This document shows, piece after piece, positions 51,301-64,000 of a stretch of 64,000 nt of DNA (positions are counted from its first letter, which is position 1; every line of letters starts with the position of its first letter). This DNA comes from Paragordius varius. Its lineage: Eukaryota; Animalia; Nematomorpha. The translations under genes were made by a program, and so were the position numbers. Under the pieces are notes generated by a model that saw only the letters and a list, made by a program, of their open reading frames with translations, did no database searches and was not told the DNA's origin. The DNA lies in the NCBI GenBank assembly GCA_964247055.1, contig OZ176053.1, positions 62,001-126,000 of the forward strand, given 5' to 3'.

Positions 51301-54300
51301 CCGTAAATATCCAAATATTTATAAAAAGAAAATTGAATGAATTATAAAATGTTCAATTTAAATTTTATATATATATAATTCCCAGTGATATTTTTTTAAA
51401 TATATTATATAAAAAACGATGATATATTTTGATTATACCAATTTAAAAAAAATATTACTTTGCGATATTTTTGTTATCAACATTATCCGGGGGGGCCACA
51501 AATGTAGTTTCAGGCAACACATAATCTAGTTGAGTTTCGTTTTGTATGTTATTAATTTTCTCAACTAATATATAAGGGTAAAATTCATTTAGTTAACTAA
51601 ACAGTGATGGGTAAGCAATTATATTGCGGAAAACATTTTTTAGATAACTTTTAGAAATAGATTTCATAAGAGGATTTTATTTTGGTTAAAGTGCGAAATA
51701 ATATATTAGCCATTTTACAATATACTTTTTCTTTAAGTATGAAAAACAAATAATATAAACATTCACCCAAACCCTTAACCATTATTTAAAATTTAGGATT
51801 TTGAATTAAAAAAATTAAAATCAAACGTATTAAGTAATTATTTTTCATAACTCCTACCGAAAAAAATCATTATTTGGTCCCCTTAAAATGTCTAGCGGTA
51901 TTAATTATCGTTATATTTAACCGTCAAAACTACTTACATCAAATTTATAGGATCAAAATACCCCCCCCCCCCCCCCCATTTATTTAAACCTACCGTTTTT
52001 GTCCCCCGGTTGCGGCGTTTGAAAACTGCCCTCTTTATCTTTTTCTTGATGAGATGATTCTGGCTCAAGTTGTTTTGGTTTCTGTTGAGACAATAAAACT
52101 TTATCAACGATCGTATCAGCAACTTGCTTAAGATGACTGCCAAATTCGGTTCGCATACATTGTAAATCTTCCACATACCGTTTTTTATGTTCAACATTAA
52201 TTTCATTTAACATGCCTTGAATGGCGGCTTCAATCGAATATGGTGGTGATTGAGATTGTAATAAATTAGTTTTGCTCATATTTATTCCTAGATTTTGATT
52301 GCAGCTGTTGGTAAAATCTTGATTAGTATTTGTTAAAGGGAAGAATGGTTTTTGAACTAATGTTGAATGGGTTATTGGTGAGTTGAACTATGTAGAAAGA
52401 TGATAAAAATAAATATAAGTTTTCGCATTAAAACTTTTTGTTATGAGAGAAAAAAAGAAAACTTGACTTTTGAAATGTTTAAGTAAAAATTTAAGTAAAA
52501 AATTTAGTAAAATTTTAAGGGTAATAATTTGAGCAGTTAATCTTGATAATTAATATTAATGGTGCTAAAGAATAAGGATGTATATGCTTTTTCGGTATAA
52601 TTATTTAAAATAATATTTTAAAAAAACGAAAAATTACCTATCTACATACATGCATAGATATCAGTTTTTATGGATTAACCAAAAAATTTAATAAAAATTA
52701 AGATGAATATAAAGCTACAAAAATATACTTGATTATCGATTTTGGTATCAGTGATATCAATATCATTTTCGAAACTAATTGGCTTTCTTTTCAACAATGG
52801 ATATTTAGTTATTGGGACTTTTTCATTATTAGACCTTTGGTTATTTGATGATGATAATAAAGTACTATTTTTACCATTAAATTGTTTAGTTTTGTGTAAA
52901 TTTGCAAATCCATTAAAATGCGACTCATGATGTTTTCGTTCCAAATGAGATATAAGGAATTCGTCTGAAATGAATGATTTTGCACAATATGGACACTGTA
53001 TATGAAGAATTATTGTGCTTTAAAAGTTTTGTTAATATAAAAAACACTTGGGAAGGAAATAATTATTACCATTAAAATAAGATTATAATCAAAAATTAAT
53101 GAACAACTATAAAAAACACTTAGGAATAAATAAATACTTGGGCAAACATCCTTAAATTTAAATTTTAAGATAGCCCGTTTTTTATGAACTTTTTTATGGA
53201 ATTTAAACTCACAAATACCAGCAAAAACCCCGTTAATAATTACTTACTTGATGCAAAAGAGTATTGGTTACATCTTTACTATTAAGTCCGCAAAGGAGAA
53301 ATATTTCCTTGTAAGATTTTATGATTTGTTGATTCCGTACAATTTCTTTTTTGTGTTGCGCCAATTTAACATTGAGTTTATCCACCATGCCACGTAATTT
53401 AACATAACTTTCACGGAGTTTTCCATATTTTTCTTTATTTCCATCCAATCTTTTTAACAATTCATCTTGCGTAAACTATGGGATTTATTTTAAAAAAAAG
53501 ATGCAATTTAGAAAGGAGTGTTAACCTAAGTAAAAAATCTTTTTGCGGATTACTAAACGTCTATGAGCTAGATTTGGTTATTAAGGATATAAATGATTTG
53601 ATTAAGGTTAAATGTAGAATACTAATATTTAATACAAAAAAAACAAAATTTGATCCTTGTTTTAAAAGGATATAATAATGATTTCGCTAAATCAACTATA
53701 TGAAATTAGGATTCTAGAGTTTTTTCAAAACATATAAATAGGGGTAAAAAGATCGCAATTATCATTATATTTCGAATGTTTGGTTTAAATGCTTAATATA
53801 TAAAATTGTTTCTAATTAAAAAATCTTATACGAGTTCTAGTGTTTTGACAAAAAAATGTTTAATTGTATATTATAAGGGATAAAAAATGCGTATTTATCA
53901 ATATTATTTGAGGGTGTGTGCATAAAAGCTATTTATATAAAGACTTTTTAACAAATTCAATATCTTACTGAGATCGTCTGCATCTAATGTAAATTTTACA
54001 TAATATAACTGATTATTTTTTTAATTATTGGTAGAAAACTGGCTTAAAATATCAAACAGCAATAAACGGCAACAATTCTTTAAAAATTGCAATATAAAAT
54101 AAAGAGTTTATAACATAAAACGAATTCTACAACTTAAAAACGTAATATATTTATAAAAAATATACCAAAAGATATTCAATTGTATATTGCGCAATCCTAA
54201 AGAGTTTCACATAATTTTGATTGATATTATGTCCGTTTATTTCATTTTCAATATCACAATATGTTATGTTGAAGATATTTTGTTGAATTATGTCAAAATT

Positions 54301-54426
54301 TTGTTCAGGCGTATGATGATTAAAATCAATGCCAGCTAAAATAAAATTATTTATACAAATTTTTTTCCAATCAATCAAAATATTTCGCGGTTTGAATATA
54401 TCATTCGGAAGAGAAAAATCCTTCAT
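41358..54426 (-). CDS. DZIP1: DZIP1/DZIP1L (Iguana)-like zinc-finger coiled-coil protein (about 13 exons)
   Basis: N-terminal Dzip-like domain FKPRNILIDWKKISGID...IQQNIFNITYCDIENE...VKLFRIAQYTIEYLL|FTQ; coiled coil; C2H2 finger CPYCAKSFISDEFLISHLERKH (about 53000-52935); later ALWKDRIQNLEE and KYPTFAKMKE blocks. Approximate exons: 54426-54357, 54335-54166, 53477-53247, 53000-52726, 52391-51992, 51238-51169, 50487-50419, 50182-49760, 49013-48907, 48847-48782, 46070-45481, 41767-41719, 41571-41358. The start codon and the 52.0/51.2-kb junction phase are unresolved. Confidence 0.85.
41729..41839. other. Cluster of two abutting GC-rich hairpins, a G22 run and a perfect 26-bp palindrome
   Basis: CTCGTGCTGC-tac-GCAGCACGAG (41729-41751), GAAGTCC-ttc-GGACTTC (41752-41768), G x22 (41770-41791), AAATGATCCACAT|ATGTGGATCATTT (41814-41839). 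Confidence 0.95.
41900..42210. repeat. Dispersed repeat family, copy 3 (partial)
   Basis: Aligns with 19185-19360 and 3720-3760. Confidence 0.7.
42541..45157. mobile_element. Head-to-head pair of IS630/Tc1-mariner transposon 3' halves (imperfect 2.6-kb palindrome)
   Basis: Left arm (minus, about 43712-42541) and right arm (plus, about 43980-45157) both encode YIDE(N/T)G...RGRNITLIG...; MDNA in the right arm; NPIE/NPVE. Both outer ends carry TA|CCATT(T/G)TTCATGCAAAA. Confidence 0.85.
43745..43975 (-). mobile_element. Short LINE 3' fragment at the palindrome centre
   Basis: KRATYKTYLQTIQEDLTQHKLDINLAHSKTLWRKQI resembles the non-LTR C-terminal pattern ..W...I.EDL.....lA.dr..WR. Confidence 0.5.
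46690..47345. mobile_element. MITE with about 170-bp near-perfect inverted arms
   Basis: gtaaatgatgttagaatcgtcgtaaaataacgcaaaaat...ttttcgccataggcatcatcag (46735-46900) is the reverse complement of 47170-47320. Confidence 0.8.
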
Positions 54427-55271
54427 CGCTAAATAAATTTTTTGAACCGACGCATCAGATTTATAATTCAATCATTTGAACATATTTTTAATTTTATGTA
54501 TAATATTTTTGAGTTTCCAGCTACTGAATTATTAGTACATAAATTCCATATATTTAATTTTTTGATGTATGCTCCAAATAAATTTTTCTATCTTAAATGT
54601 AGTTTTTTTAACAATCCATTACCTTTTGGGGTAGTTTTGTATCCCAGGCGAATAATACAAAAATTTTTTTTTAAAATGTAAAGTTCCCAAACTTTTTGGC
54701 CGCCTTTTTCAAATTTTTAGAAATCGCCAATGTGGTAAATAAATGTATATTATGGTTTGAAAATGTAAATAATTAACTTTAAAAAGGCTTTCAGGCTACA
54801 TTTTACATGCATTAACTTATATTTTAATAATATCCGCTCTTTGTTTCAATCATGTTTTAAAACTATCTGAATAATAGGCTTAAAATTGTGAAAAATATAC
54901 ACGTTTTCAATTCATTAGAAAAATGTTTGATAGTTAAATTAATATAATTAAAACAGTAGTTGATTTACAAAATTAAGCTCTCAGACATAAAATCTACCTC
55001 AGTATGTAAAATAGGACAGAAAAGGTAAGCAAGTGTTAAAATAAACGAAAAGCTGCCGATATTGCATGATAAAAAGGTTAATAACTTAAACTTTTTAAAA
55101 AATGTATTTAAAATTATTGGCAAAATTTGGTTGAAGACTTCATAGTATTTTAAGGCATCAAGGAACCAGTTTAAAAACGCATTAAGATAATTTAAAAACA
55201 TTTTTATATAATTAGATAATGCTGAAGATTTCTATCGCTTGACAATTTTAATTTAAATATTCTTTCTTTAA

Positions 55272-55835
55272 CACTTGGATACAACACATTCATTTTAGTC
55301 CTTCGTTTCAAATTGGGGTAGTTAAATACCCCAGGCCTGTTTATAATCAAATCTTTAAAAAATATGGAATGAATCGACATCATGGCAAAATTTTGCACTT
55401 TTATAACATTAATAGACCCAAATATATAAAAAATTTTATTCAAAAATATTTGATATTATTTATTTTAAGCTAAAACCGAAAGGTAAAAATTTAGTCAACG
55501 TGACATGCGTGCAATGGTAAAATTAAAAAATAATTTAAAAAACACAGTTTTATATCTATCAATGTTAGATGTAATTTAAATAAAAAACTAGCTTTAATTT
55601 TAACGTTAGATAAACACGATATTTTGCAAAATTATTGTAAAATAAAAATGGCGGCCAAGTAGTTTGACATGGAACTTTTTTTCAATACAAAATTTTATTT
55701 AGGTATTTTGGCATATTTATTTTTTTAGGATAGAAGCATAAATTTAAATTGGGACCGTTTCCTTCAGTAGTTTTTTGAAAATCCTAACTCAAACTTAGTC
55801 TGGGGTATTTAGATACCCCAATTTTAATCGAAGTG
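55272..55835 (+). mobile_element. TTAA-flanked piggyBac-like MITE, copy 3 (complete)
   Basis: ttaa|cacttggatacaacacattc ... ccaattttaatcgaagtg|ttaa. Confidence 0.85.
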
Positions 55836-57159
55836 TTAATATTATGTCAATATTCTTAAAAAAAAATTATATTTAACATATACTTTAAGACGAACAGATG
55901 TTATAGTCAATTCTGAGAGGCTGGAAATCATCAGCATCATACAATTATGATAAGAAAATATTTATGAAATATATTATGACATTTTTTTACCGTTTCTCAT
56001 GCCTCAAAATAGTGTGAAGTACGCTTAAACAAAATTAAAAATTAAATTTTTGAAAAAGTATGCATTTTTTAAAAACAATTTAATTGATAACAAAATATCT
56101 TGGCATTATTGCCATTTATGAGAAAACTAGCCGAATATTAACGTGAAAACTTAAAACTGGAGCCTACTAAAAATTATTTTTTAAAATATTATTAGTCTTT
56201 GATATATTAGCTAAATTTTTAAAAATACATCGTTTAGCTTTAACCAATAAATCTAATTAATGTGAGCCTTTTCTCCTATTTTTGGATGTGGAGCACTTAC
56301 TACAAAAGTATAAATAACTTTGTTAAATTACTTATAGGGGCCAACACCAAATGTACCATGATATTCCTGATACATTATCCTATCAAATATATATAATCAT
56401 CCTCATAATATTTTTTGTGTACACTGTGTTATACTAAATATAAATTTTTCGGTTAAAGCTAAATGCTTGATACCGAGATCATCAAAAAAACTGCAAAAAA
56501 TAATAATACTCTTTTCATAAATAATTTTAATTATATTTTATCCAAAATACTTTTTGGGCGTTATGTTAAATAGGCTGCCAAAAACTATAAAGATAGTACA
56601 TGCATATATATTACTAAAAAATGTAACCATCTATAACACATAAAATTGATGGTTACTTTAAAGTAATATTTTGAATTATTCAAACAACAATTTCTATAAA
56701 GTGTCCTTATATCTATTGAATATAATATCTAGGATGTTTAATATGTTAGGGAGAAGAATGGTACGATTAGACTGATTTATCTATAAAACCATTTAATTTT
56801 TTTCAACTATGTGTTAATAATGTGATGCGTAATAGTATGGCATAAAGCCCTAAAATTTAAATTGTCAATTTATATTAAATTTTTTATTTGTCCATTAATA
56901 ATGTTATTAACCTCATTTATGACATTTAATTGGTTTTAGCTACAACATACATTTATGATTGTGGTAATTGACTGGTTACGACCATAAATGCCTTGCACAT
57001 CAAAATCAAGTAGACACAGAAATTATTTTTAGACAGGTTATTATACGCTAAGTTACCTACACCCTTCATAAAAATGTATATAAATTGCCCAAAATTAAAT
57101 TTTTTTCTTTATAATTTTATGTTATACTTATTTTATGAAATTAATTAAATAAAAAATAT

Positions 57160-60100
57160 TTATTTATATTTGCAATGGAAGCTAATAAGTGTAAAACTTA
57201 TATGGCAAAAATAAAGTACAAACAAAAATGTTAAATGGTGTTTGGCCGTAAATAACCAAGTTTTGAATCCGGCCTTTGCTAAGAAATCTTTTCCACTCGT
57301 GGCTAAACAATAGTGTTGATTTTTCTTCCACGATTCTTGTTCGAGCGATGGGAAACTACTTTCACCCATGGAATTGGTAAATGCCGAAAAGATTATACTA
57401 ACATTTGATGAGTTTTTAACAATAGGTGCTATTTTAGAATCAGATTTTTCATCTTTCCAAGAAGCGTTGGCAAATTTGAAATACTCTCCAGTGGGCTTTT
57501 CGGATATTTTCTTATCCAAAACTAAACTTTCATAATATGGATGGTTGTTATTGTTGGAACCGATATTTTCAAGGTTATTTTTATGGTGATAAATCATGCA
57601 GGAGGATTCACACGTTAGATTTAGCGTGGAGAATTCATTTAGTATTATGGAATGACTGGCATATCGATAAAAACTCAGATAACTCAAATAATTGACAAAC
57701 AGCGGTAGGTTATTATATAATCTAAAAATTGCAAATATACATTAAAAGTGAAATTATACGGACAAAACATAAAAATAAAAAGGCAAATATTTTTTTCTAA
57801 TATAAAACCACACTTTTTTTTATCTTGATTTATACATTGTTTTAAACGGCAAAGTATTAAATACAGATGTGTTAACACAATCAATTATGTTTACGATTAA
57901 AATTAAATGATTATAATAGTATAAATTAAGATATGAAAAAGTATGGTGGCCTTTTAGAAAAAAATATTTGCCTATATATTTACTTTTTATCCGTATAATA
58001 TCTTTTTTTACTGTAAAATATATAAATTCGAAATATATAAAATTACAATCTTAAAAAATACCTTAAGATACCGGAAGAGGAAACTAACCCAATCAGGGTT
58101 AAAATAAACGAAAACTCAAATATTTTCGTAAAATTTTTCACGTGATTCATAAGACACAAAGTTTGACATTCAACGCAACCATATAAAGCCCACATAACCA
58201 ATGAAAATGCAATGTATTTATCAATGTTTGCTTCGAAACCCGAAACCCTATTATTAATTTGAGATATTTAGCTCTACAAATATTTTTTATCAATTTTTGT
58301 AGCATAAAATGTTTATTAACTAACCAATATATCAGCGATGATCCCAAAAAACTGGATAAGAAGTTAAGGGGTACATTTTTAATAATGACCCATGTCAAAT
58401 ATAAACTTCCACCATATAGTTTTTGTTGTGCGAATTCCTCTTGAAACACGACGAAAGAGTCCATTTCTGAAAAAACACATATATGTTAAAAAAATTGGTA
58501 GAAATTGGTATGTACAATTAGAGTAAAAATTAAATTTATACAGGCAAATCGTAAAAAGTAATAGAACTTTTTTTTTAAAAAAACCACAATTCTATAAACT
58601 TTGTTTTTCCTATACATAGACTATATATTTGATACCAATTCACTACTCTTTTTCTTACTTTATAATTTTGATTTAAAAAAATCAAGTTCAAAAAAGAATG
58701 AACTGTTTTATTTATAAAAAAACGTACGTCTTTTCCTTTTTACGTTTAGATTGTATAATTATAATTTTTACTGGCTATCTTGAATGAACTTTTTTACCAA
58801 TTTTTACCAATTTTAACCCTAAAAAAATACCGACCGTAATATATAGTGTGGATGACGGATATGATTGATTGGGTTAGCATGGCATATAGGACGAGTCCTA
58901 ATCTCATCAACATACCAGTTTGATTATCTGTTCTCCAATAGTTATTATAATTTAAATTACCAGCATGGCTTTCAGAATTTATCATTAAATTATTGTGATT
59001 ATAATTATATAACATTGAACGTATCAGCATAACTGTAAACATGAGACATGGAAACAGAAATATGCGAAATGCTAACCCCATATAATTCCGCAGTAGATTC
59101 AGGTAATATCGGCTAGTTTTTTAAAGCAAAATAAATGTTATAGGAAGTTTTATTAAAAATTTTGTAAAAAATAAATGTTTACTTGATTAAGATGAGAAAG
59201 GTGGTAAAACAGCTTGGCTTATCCAGAGAATTGATTAGATACTGCATGTTATCTAAAATGATGGTTGGAATAAAAATTAGCTGAAAATAAGACTTTTAAA
59301 TAAAATTATTCTTCTAGAATTTTCAAATTTTTGACATAAAAATACAAAAATGTATCTTTAAGGTTGAATCTACAGATAATAATTTGAAATTTTATAACAA
59401 TAAAAAAATTAATTGATTTACTCGATTTACGTGATGAAATAATCGTGTTCTTATATCCATCCACTCTTTTTTCGGTCGCCAAGCTTTCGTTGACCACGTT
59501 AAAACGTTGCTGGTGATGATGCGTTTTATAGGATTCAATCAGTTTTTCCAAAAGTGCCGAAGTCTCCAAATATTTTTCGGTACTTTGATAATTAACGGTA
59601 CAAAGAGTAACTAATAAAACATAAAAGTGAAGTAATTGACGACTTGAAAAATAAAAAAAATAAAAAGGATTTACGAAAATAATTGATGGGATTTTCATAC
59701 TCCGGACAATCTATACCCAAATTTTCACTAAAGTAAGGAATGACATTGTTTATCGGACCTGTTAAGTGAGATACTTCAATTTCATTTTGTAATATAATAA
59801 TCATATTTTTTTCATAAAAATTGAGATCAAATCATAACATTTACTAATTTAACGTTAGTATATTCAAGTTTATTCAGCCTAATAATATGAAAAAATTTGT
59901 ACTTTTCCTAATTTATAGGAAATATCGCAAAAAACATTATATAATTGGGCCATCCTGCTGCTTTTCTTGCAAACAAACTTTAAAAATCACCATAATAAAC
60001 GAGTTGTCCTCGATTTATGTAGGCCACTTTATCTATGAGGATGTTGAGATCCGACCTGGTCCTCGGTAATGATACAATGGTTATCTTATTTTTTAATTTG

Positions 60101-62249
60101 GTGTAATTCGCTAAACGCTTTAACACATTATTGACGTTGAATGAGCTAAGAAGGTGCTTGAACAAGTTATCCAGCAATACAATCTCTAATTGAAACATTG
60201 AAATTAATAATAGGTATAAATGTCTTGTTGTATAAATATTTGATGGAATATTGAATAATTTTAATTTACAACTTTTGCTTTACAGTAACCATAATTTTAT
60301 TGATAAAAACGCTATTATTGCAAAATGTCATCACTTTAATTTGGGTTAAAAGGAAAATTTAAACGATAAAAAAATCTACCCAAGGTTTATAGCTATTTTT
60401 ATCAAAAAAAGTCACATAATTATATATACCATTTACAGTTCAGATTCACTCTCGAACTATTCCATTTCTCCCTAGAATAAATTAAGTGTTTTTTAAGATC
60501 AAAAATTACTTATTTTTTTATTTTTAAAATATAAAATTTTGTTTAAAATCAATATAATACTGAAAAAATAATAAACTATATCATTAAGATATATTTCATA
60601 TTAATGAAGAGTTATTTTAGCCCGAAAACTCATAATTTATTTTTAGAGTGAATTTGAATTGTTCAAGGGTAAATTCCAATTTTTCGCCGATCTGATAGCT
60701 TCTGAATGAAATGACTATCCAAATTATTAAGATATAAGCAAATATCTAAAACTATTAAAACTGAAGTTATCAAAACTACTGCTTTAAGCAGTTTAGCATA
60801 TTAACAATTAAAAAAGATTAATTTTAAAAAACTTTGTACAAATATATATTTTTTGACAAATTATTTTTGACACGTCATAAAAACATGTGTGTCCACTTTC
60901 ATTTGGCCGGTTCCTTTTTAAAGCGATCACAATCACATAAAATGAATTCTGTTGGCATATAGAGGAATTTATTAATTAAATATGTGAGATATCAAAAACC
61001 TGGATCATGGAGAAGATTGATAACGATGGTAAAAATAACGTATTCGTAAGGAGTTATGTCTGATATCGATTTTTCCACAAAAGTTGCCATATCCCACAAT
61101 TTTATTAGATCGGTCATCTAAAATAGTTGTTAGGAAAACTAAATAAATATTAAAATTTATTTTATAATTATTTATTCATATATTCTATTTAAAAGGATAT
61201 GGGATAATTATAAGGTGTGTACGATTTACAGTAAAAATTGAATACAAATTTATTAAACCTAAAAGGCAAATATTTTGATAGACAATCATTCTTTTAAAAA
61301 TTAATTTATAGAAAATAGAAAAAAATGAAAAAATGAAGGTTTAAAATTGTATGGCGTAAAAAAATTTGTCTTTACGTTTTCATATTTTGTTTGTTACTCA
61401 TTATTTTTAATCTTAGATGTAATGAAATCTCTTTTAAACCGCAACTATTGTATTTTTATCCAAAATGAAGCCATTAGACGTGAATAAAAATATTACAAGC
61501 CTTTACTTGTTCTTTAATGGTTCGATTTGTGTGATGTTTGGATAATTTAAGTTTTGCCGAAAACCAAAGTATCTCATGCAAGGAAAGATATGCGTATGGA
61601 AAAATGGTAAAGCCATTTCTGGAAATTGGGCTACTTTGAGATCGGGAATACTCAGAAGGTATATAATAATTCATTGCAGAGGCAAAAATATTGGATCCAT
61701 TGATGTATGTTCCAATGGTAGAAAATGATTTTTCCTCATACTCTATGTTGTTAAAGGTACATCGTCCCAAAATTAAGCCGCCCTCCAAACCATTAGCGTT
61801 GATTGAAGTGTGATTTGGTGTAATGGAAAGACATTTTAGCAAATAAGAATTTTCACAATCTAAGTAATATCCATATATAAGATATGAGTTATCTGAGCTC
61901 TTTAAAGTTTCGGAGAATATAAAAGCAACAAAATTTTGTTTAAATTAAAACCTGGGCCACTCAGGATGGCTGTAACGTTTCCTGGGTGAAAGTCCATATT
62001 AATGTTCCGTAGTATGTTACAGTTATTGGAACTGGTCCTATTAAACATTTATTAACAACTAATAAATGTAATTCAACAAAATATAATTAAGTTGCTTTTT
62101 AAAAGTTAAAAATAATTTTTAATAAACTAGAATGAAAAATATTATTAAATACTATTTAATATGCTAGAAAACTGTAATAATTTTCGTCTCGTTTAAAGTT
62201 AAAATAAAAAGACATTATAACTTTTAATTAACAGAAATCATAGAATATC

Positions 62250-62280
<31 letters not shown>

Positions 62281-62361
62281 TATTGGTTTAAAAAATATAG
62301 GAACTTACCTCTCAAGTGGAGATTTTTCGACAATATAACTTAAATCTTGAATTTGTAACAT
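57160..62361 (-). CDS. ABCG5-like half-transporter with a degenerate nucleotide-binding domain (about 11 exons)
   Basis: MLQIQDLSYIV (ATG 62361); ILRNINMDFHPGNVTAIL; LSLHEILWFSAKLKL; LLHDP-EIVLLD; YYGPINNVIPYFSENLGIDCPEYENPINYF; PSCFTTFLILINRYYLNLLRN; IYWVSGF..SSGILR; LSYLSFYRYASHSIILNEFSTLNLTC; CLATSGKDFL. NBD-before-TMD order is the ABCG architecture, and several blocks recall human ABCG5. All predicted introns are GT-AG with consistent phases. Confidence 0.88.
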
Positions 62362-64000
62362 ATTTTATCAAAAAATTAATAAAAACTATCTTAATTAAAT
62401 TATGCACATAATTGTTAAGGTATAAATTTTATGGTCAAAAGTTTTTATATATCCAGCAATATAAAGAAAGAGTTTATGTCATTGTTTTATATATTCATAT
62501 ATAATGTATATAAATATTACATTTTATCATGGTAAAATAGTTTGGTATAGTTATGCTATATAATATAAAATTAATTTTAACTTTAATAAATTTAATAATT
62601 AAATTATATAATTTATCACTTAAAACAAAATTTGCTTTATAAAGCGAACAAAAATATTATGGAAATATAAGAGTTCCATTAAGTGGTAAATAAGAAAATA
62701 AGGATTTTTAAACAGGTAAAAAACCATTTTGTTTATTCTTGCCTAATATAATTTAAATACTATATACATTCTCCTATGCGCATATAATCTTATCTCTATT
62801 CGCCAATTTAAATTCCAATATATCCAATAATATGTGTCTTAAATGTCAAAATAATATATATTATATTAAGTAATTGGACTTAAAAAATTATTTTTATTAA
62901 ATTACATTACAACACATAAAATATAATTATACGAATAATTAATAAATGGTTATTTTTTGTAAAATAGTGTGATTTTAGGTGTGCATAAACAGTTATTTCC
63001 AAATATTAAATGAATATATATTGGCGGATTTATGTTTAATAGATCCATGCTATAGTAACCCAACTAAGATTGTGTTTTAATAATATAGCGCTTATTAAGT
63101 AGCACATATAACTAATCCCATTGCAAATTTTTAAGGTCATGTTAAATATATGAAATCTTTCCAACTTATTTGTTTTTAGAAACTGTCAAGCATTCAAAAA
63201 ATAAATCTATAGCAAATATTAATAGTAAAACAATATTAATTTTTTAAAAAGTGTCATTATGTAACTCTTATTATACGGTATGAGTAAGTATACATTGCTA
63301 GAAAGTTATTAAATATTGACAAATAGCACATATACAACAAAGGGCTGTATTATTGGCTTATAGTTATTTTTTTCAATATTATTATATTCTTTACTGCATA
63401 TGCCATTTAGCAATAATTGATGAAAAACTAGCAATTTATAATTACTCATACTATAATTCGGAGAGAAGGTGGTTTTCATTATTTTAATAATTTTTATCCA
63501 CTACCACGATATTAAAAAATAACTTAAAAAGTGTAAACTAAATTGAGCCGTATATATAAAATATTAAATGTTTTAATTTTTTAACAATCCGAAAAGGGTA
63601 AATTCATAAACAATTAATACTGCAGTTATGACTAATTATAATCGAGTCAATTTTTTGACACATAACTTTAAATTATTTTTTTCAGATTAACCCTTCCAAT
63701 CAAAACCTATAAATATGCATCCTAAAAATACAAGGTTTATACGTTTCCAGAAAAGGTGTTTAGTTCCATTTACTATTTATGACCATTTATAATTCGATTG
63801 CTATGGCTTCATAGTCAAATCATCATTTAATTGGCTTGTGGTTCCAGTCGCTCAGTAAAAATGCCAATTTTTCAAACTCTGATAATTTCAATTAATTAAT
63901 AATGGTTACAATTTGCAAAATAGATACCAAAGCCATATTTATATAGGCTCCTATGTTTAGCTCCTTTCCCGTTAAAATCGCATCCTTGCATAATTAATTT

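Noticed and set aside
51169-51995. Apparent frameshift in the DZIP1-like gene suggesting a pseudogene
   Set aside because: It is a single unphased junction next to short G/A homopolymers and a long C run. An assembly indel or missed exon is more parsimonious, since all other exons are intact.
59961-59989. A 25-nt GT-AG segment after YYG in the ABCG gene as another micro-intron
   Set aside because: Homology (YYGPINNVIPYF) is satisfied by the longer intron ending at about 59760; the short version leads into non-homologous sequence.
62400-64000. Head-to-head ABCG8 partner gene, as in vertebrates
   Set aside because: No ABCG-like exon was found on the plus strand within the remaining 1.6 kb.

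Overview
AT-rich eukaryotic (most likely invertebrate animal) genomic DNA with spliced genes embedded in dense transposon debris. No rRNA, tRNA or CRISPR array was recognised, and the organism cannot be named from sequence alone. Host genes reconstructed by hand: two paralogous two-exon genes for small secreted cationic Phe/Pro/Gly-rich peptides (21.9 kb, 26.9 kb); a possible third small Pro/Thr-rich peptide exon (11.6 kb); a roughly 1000-aa RAP1/TERF2IP-type Myb gene (+, 31-40 kb); a DZIP1-like gene (-, 41-54 kb); and an ABCG5-like half-transporter (-, 57-62 kb) whose ATPase motifs all look degenerate. Mobile DNA: a two-LTR Ty3/Gypsy element and a truncated relative, a near full-length RTE/BovB-type LINE and several fragments, a 2.6-kb head-to-head IS630/Tc1 palindrome, and at least six MITE families. 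Most notable: candidate ultra-short 21-nt and 31-nt spliceosomal introns supported by domain homology, the F/P/G-rich peptide family, the apparently ATPase-dead ABCG5-like protein, and a candidate 49-nt exon built from two GNA-triloop hairpins. Exon boundaries are manual predictions; two junctions could not be phased. Comparisons with human proteins are from memory, not from a database search.
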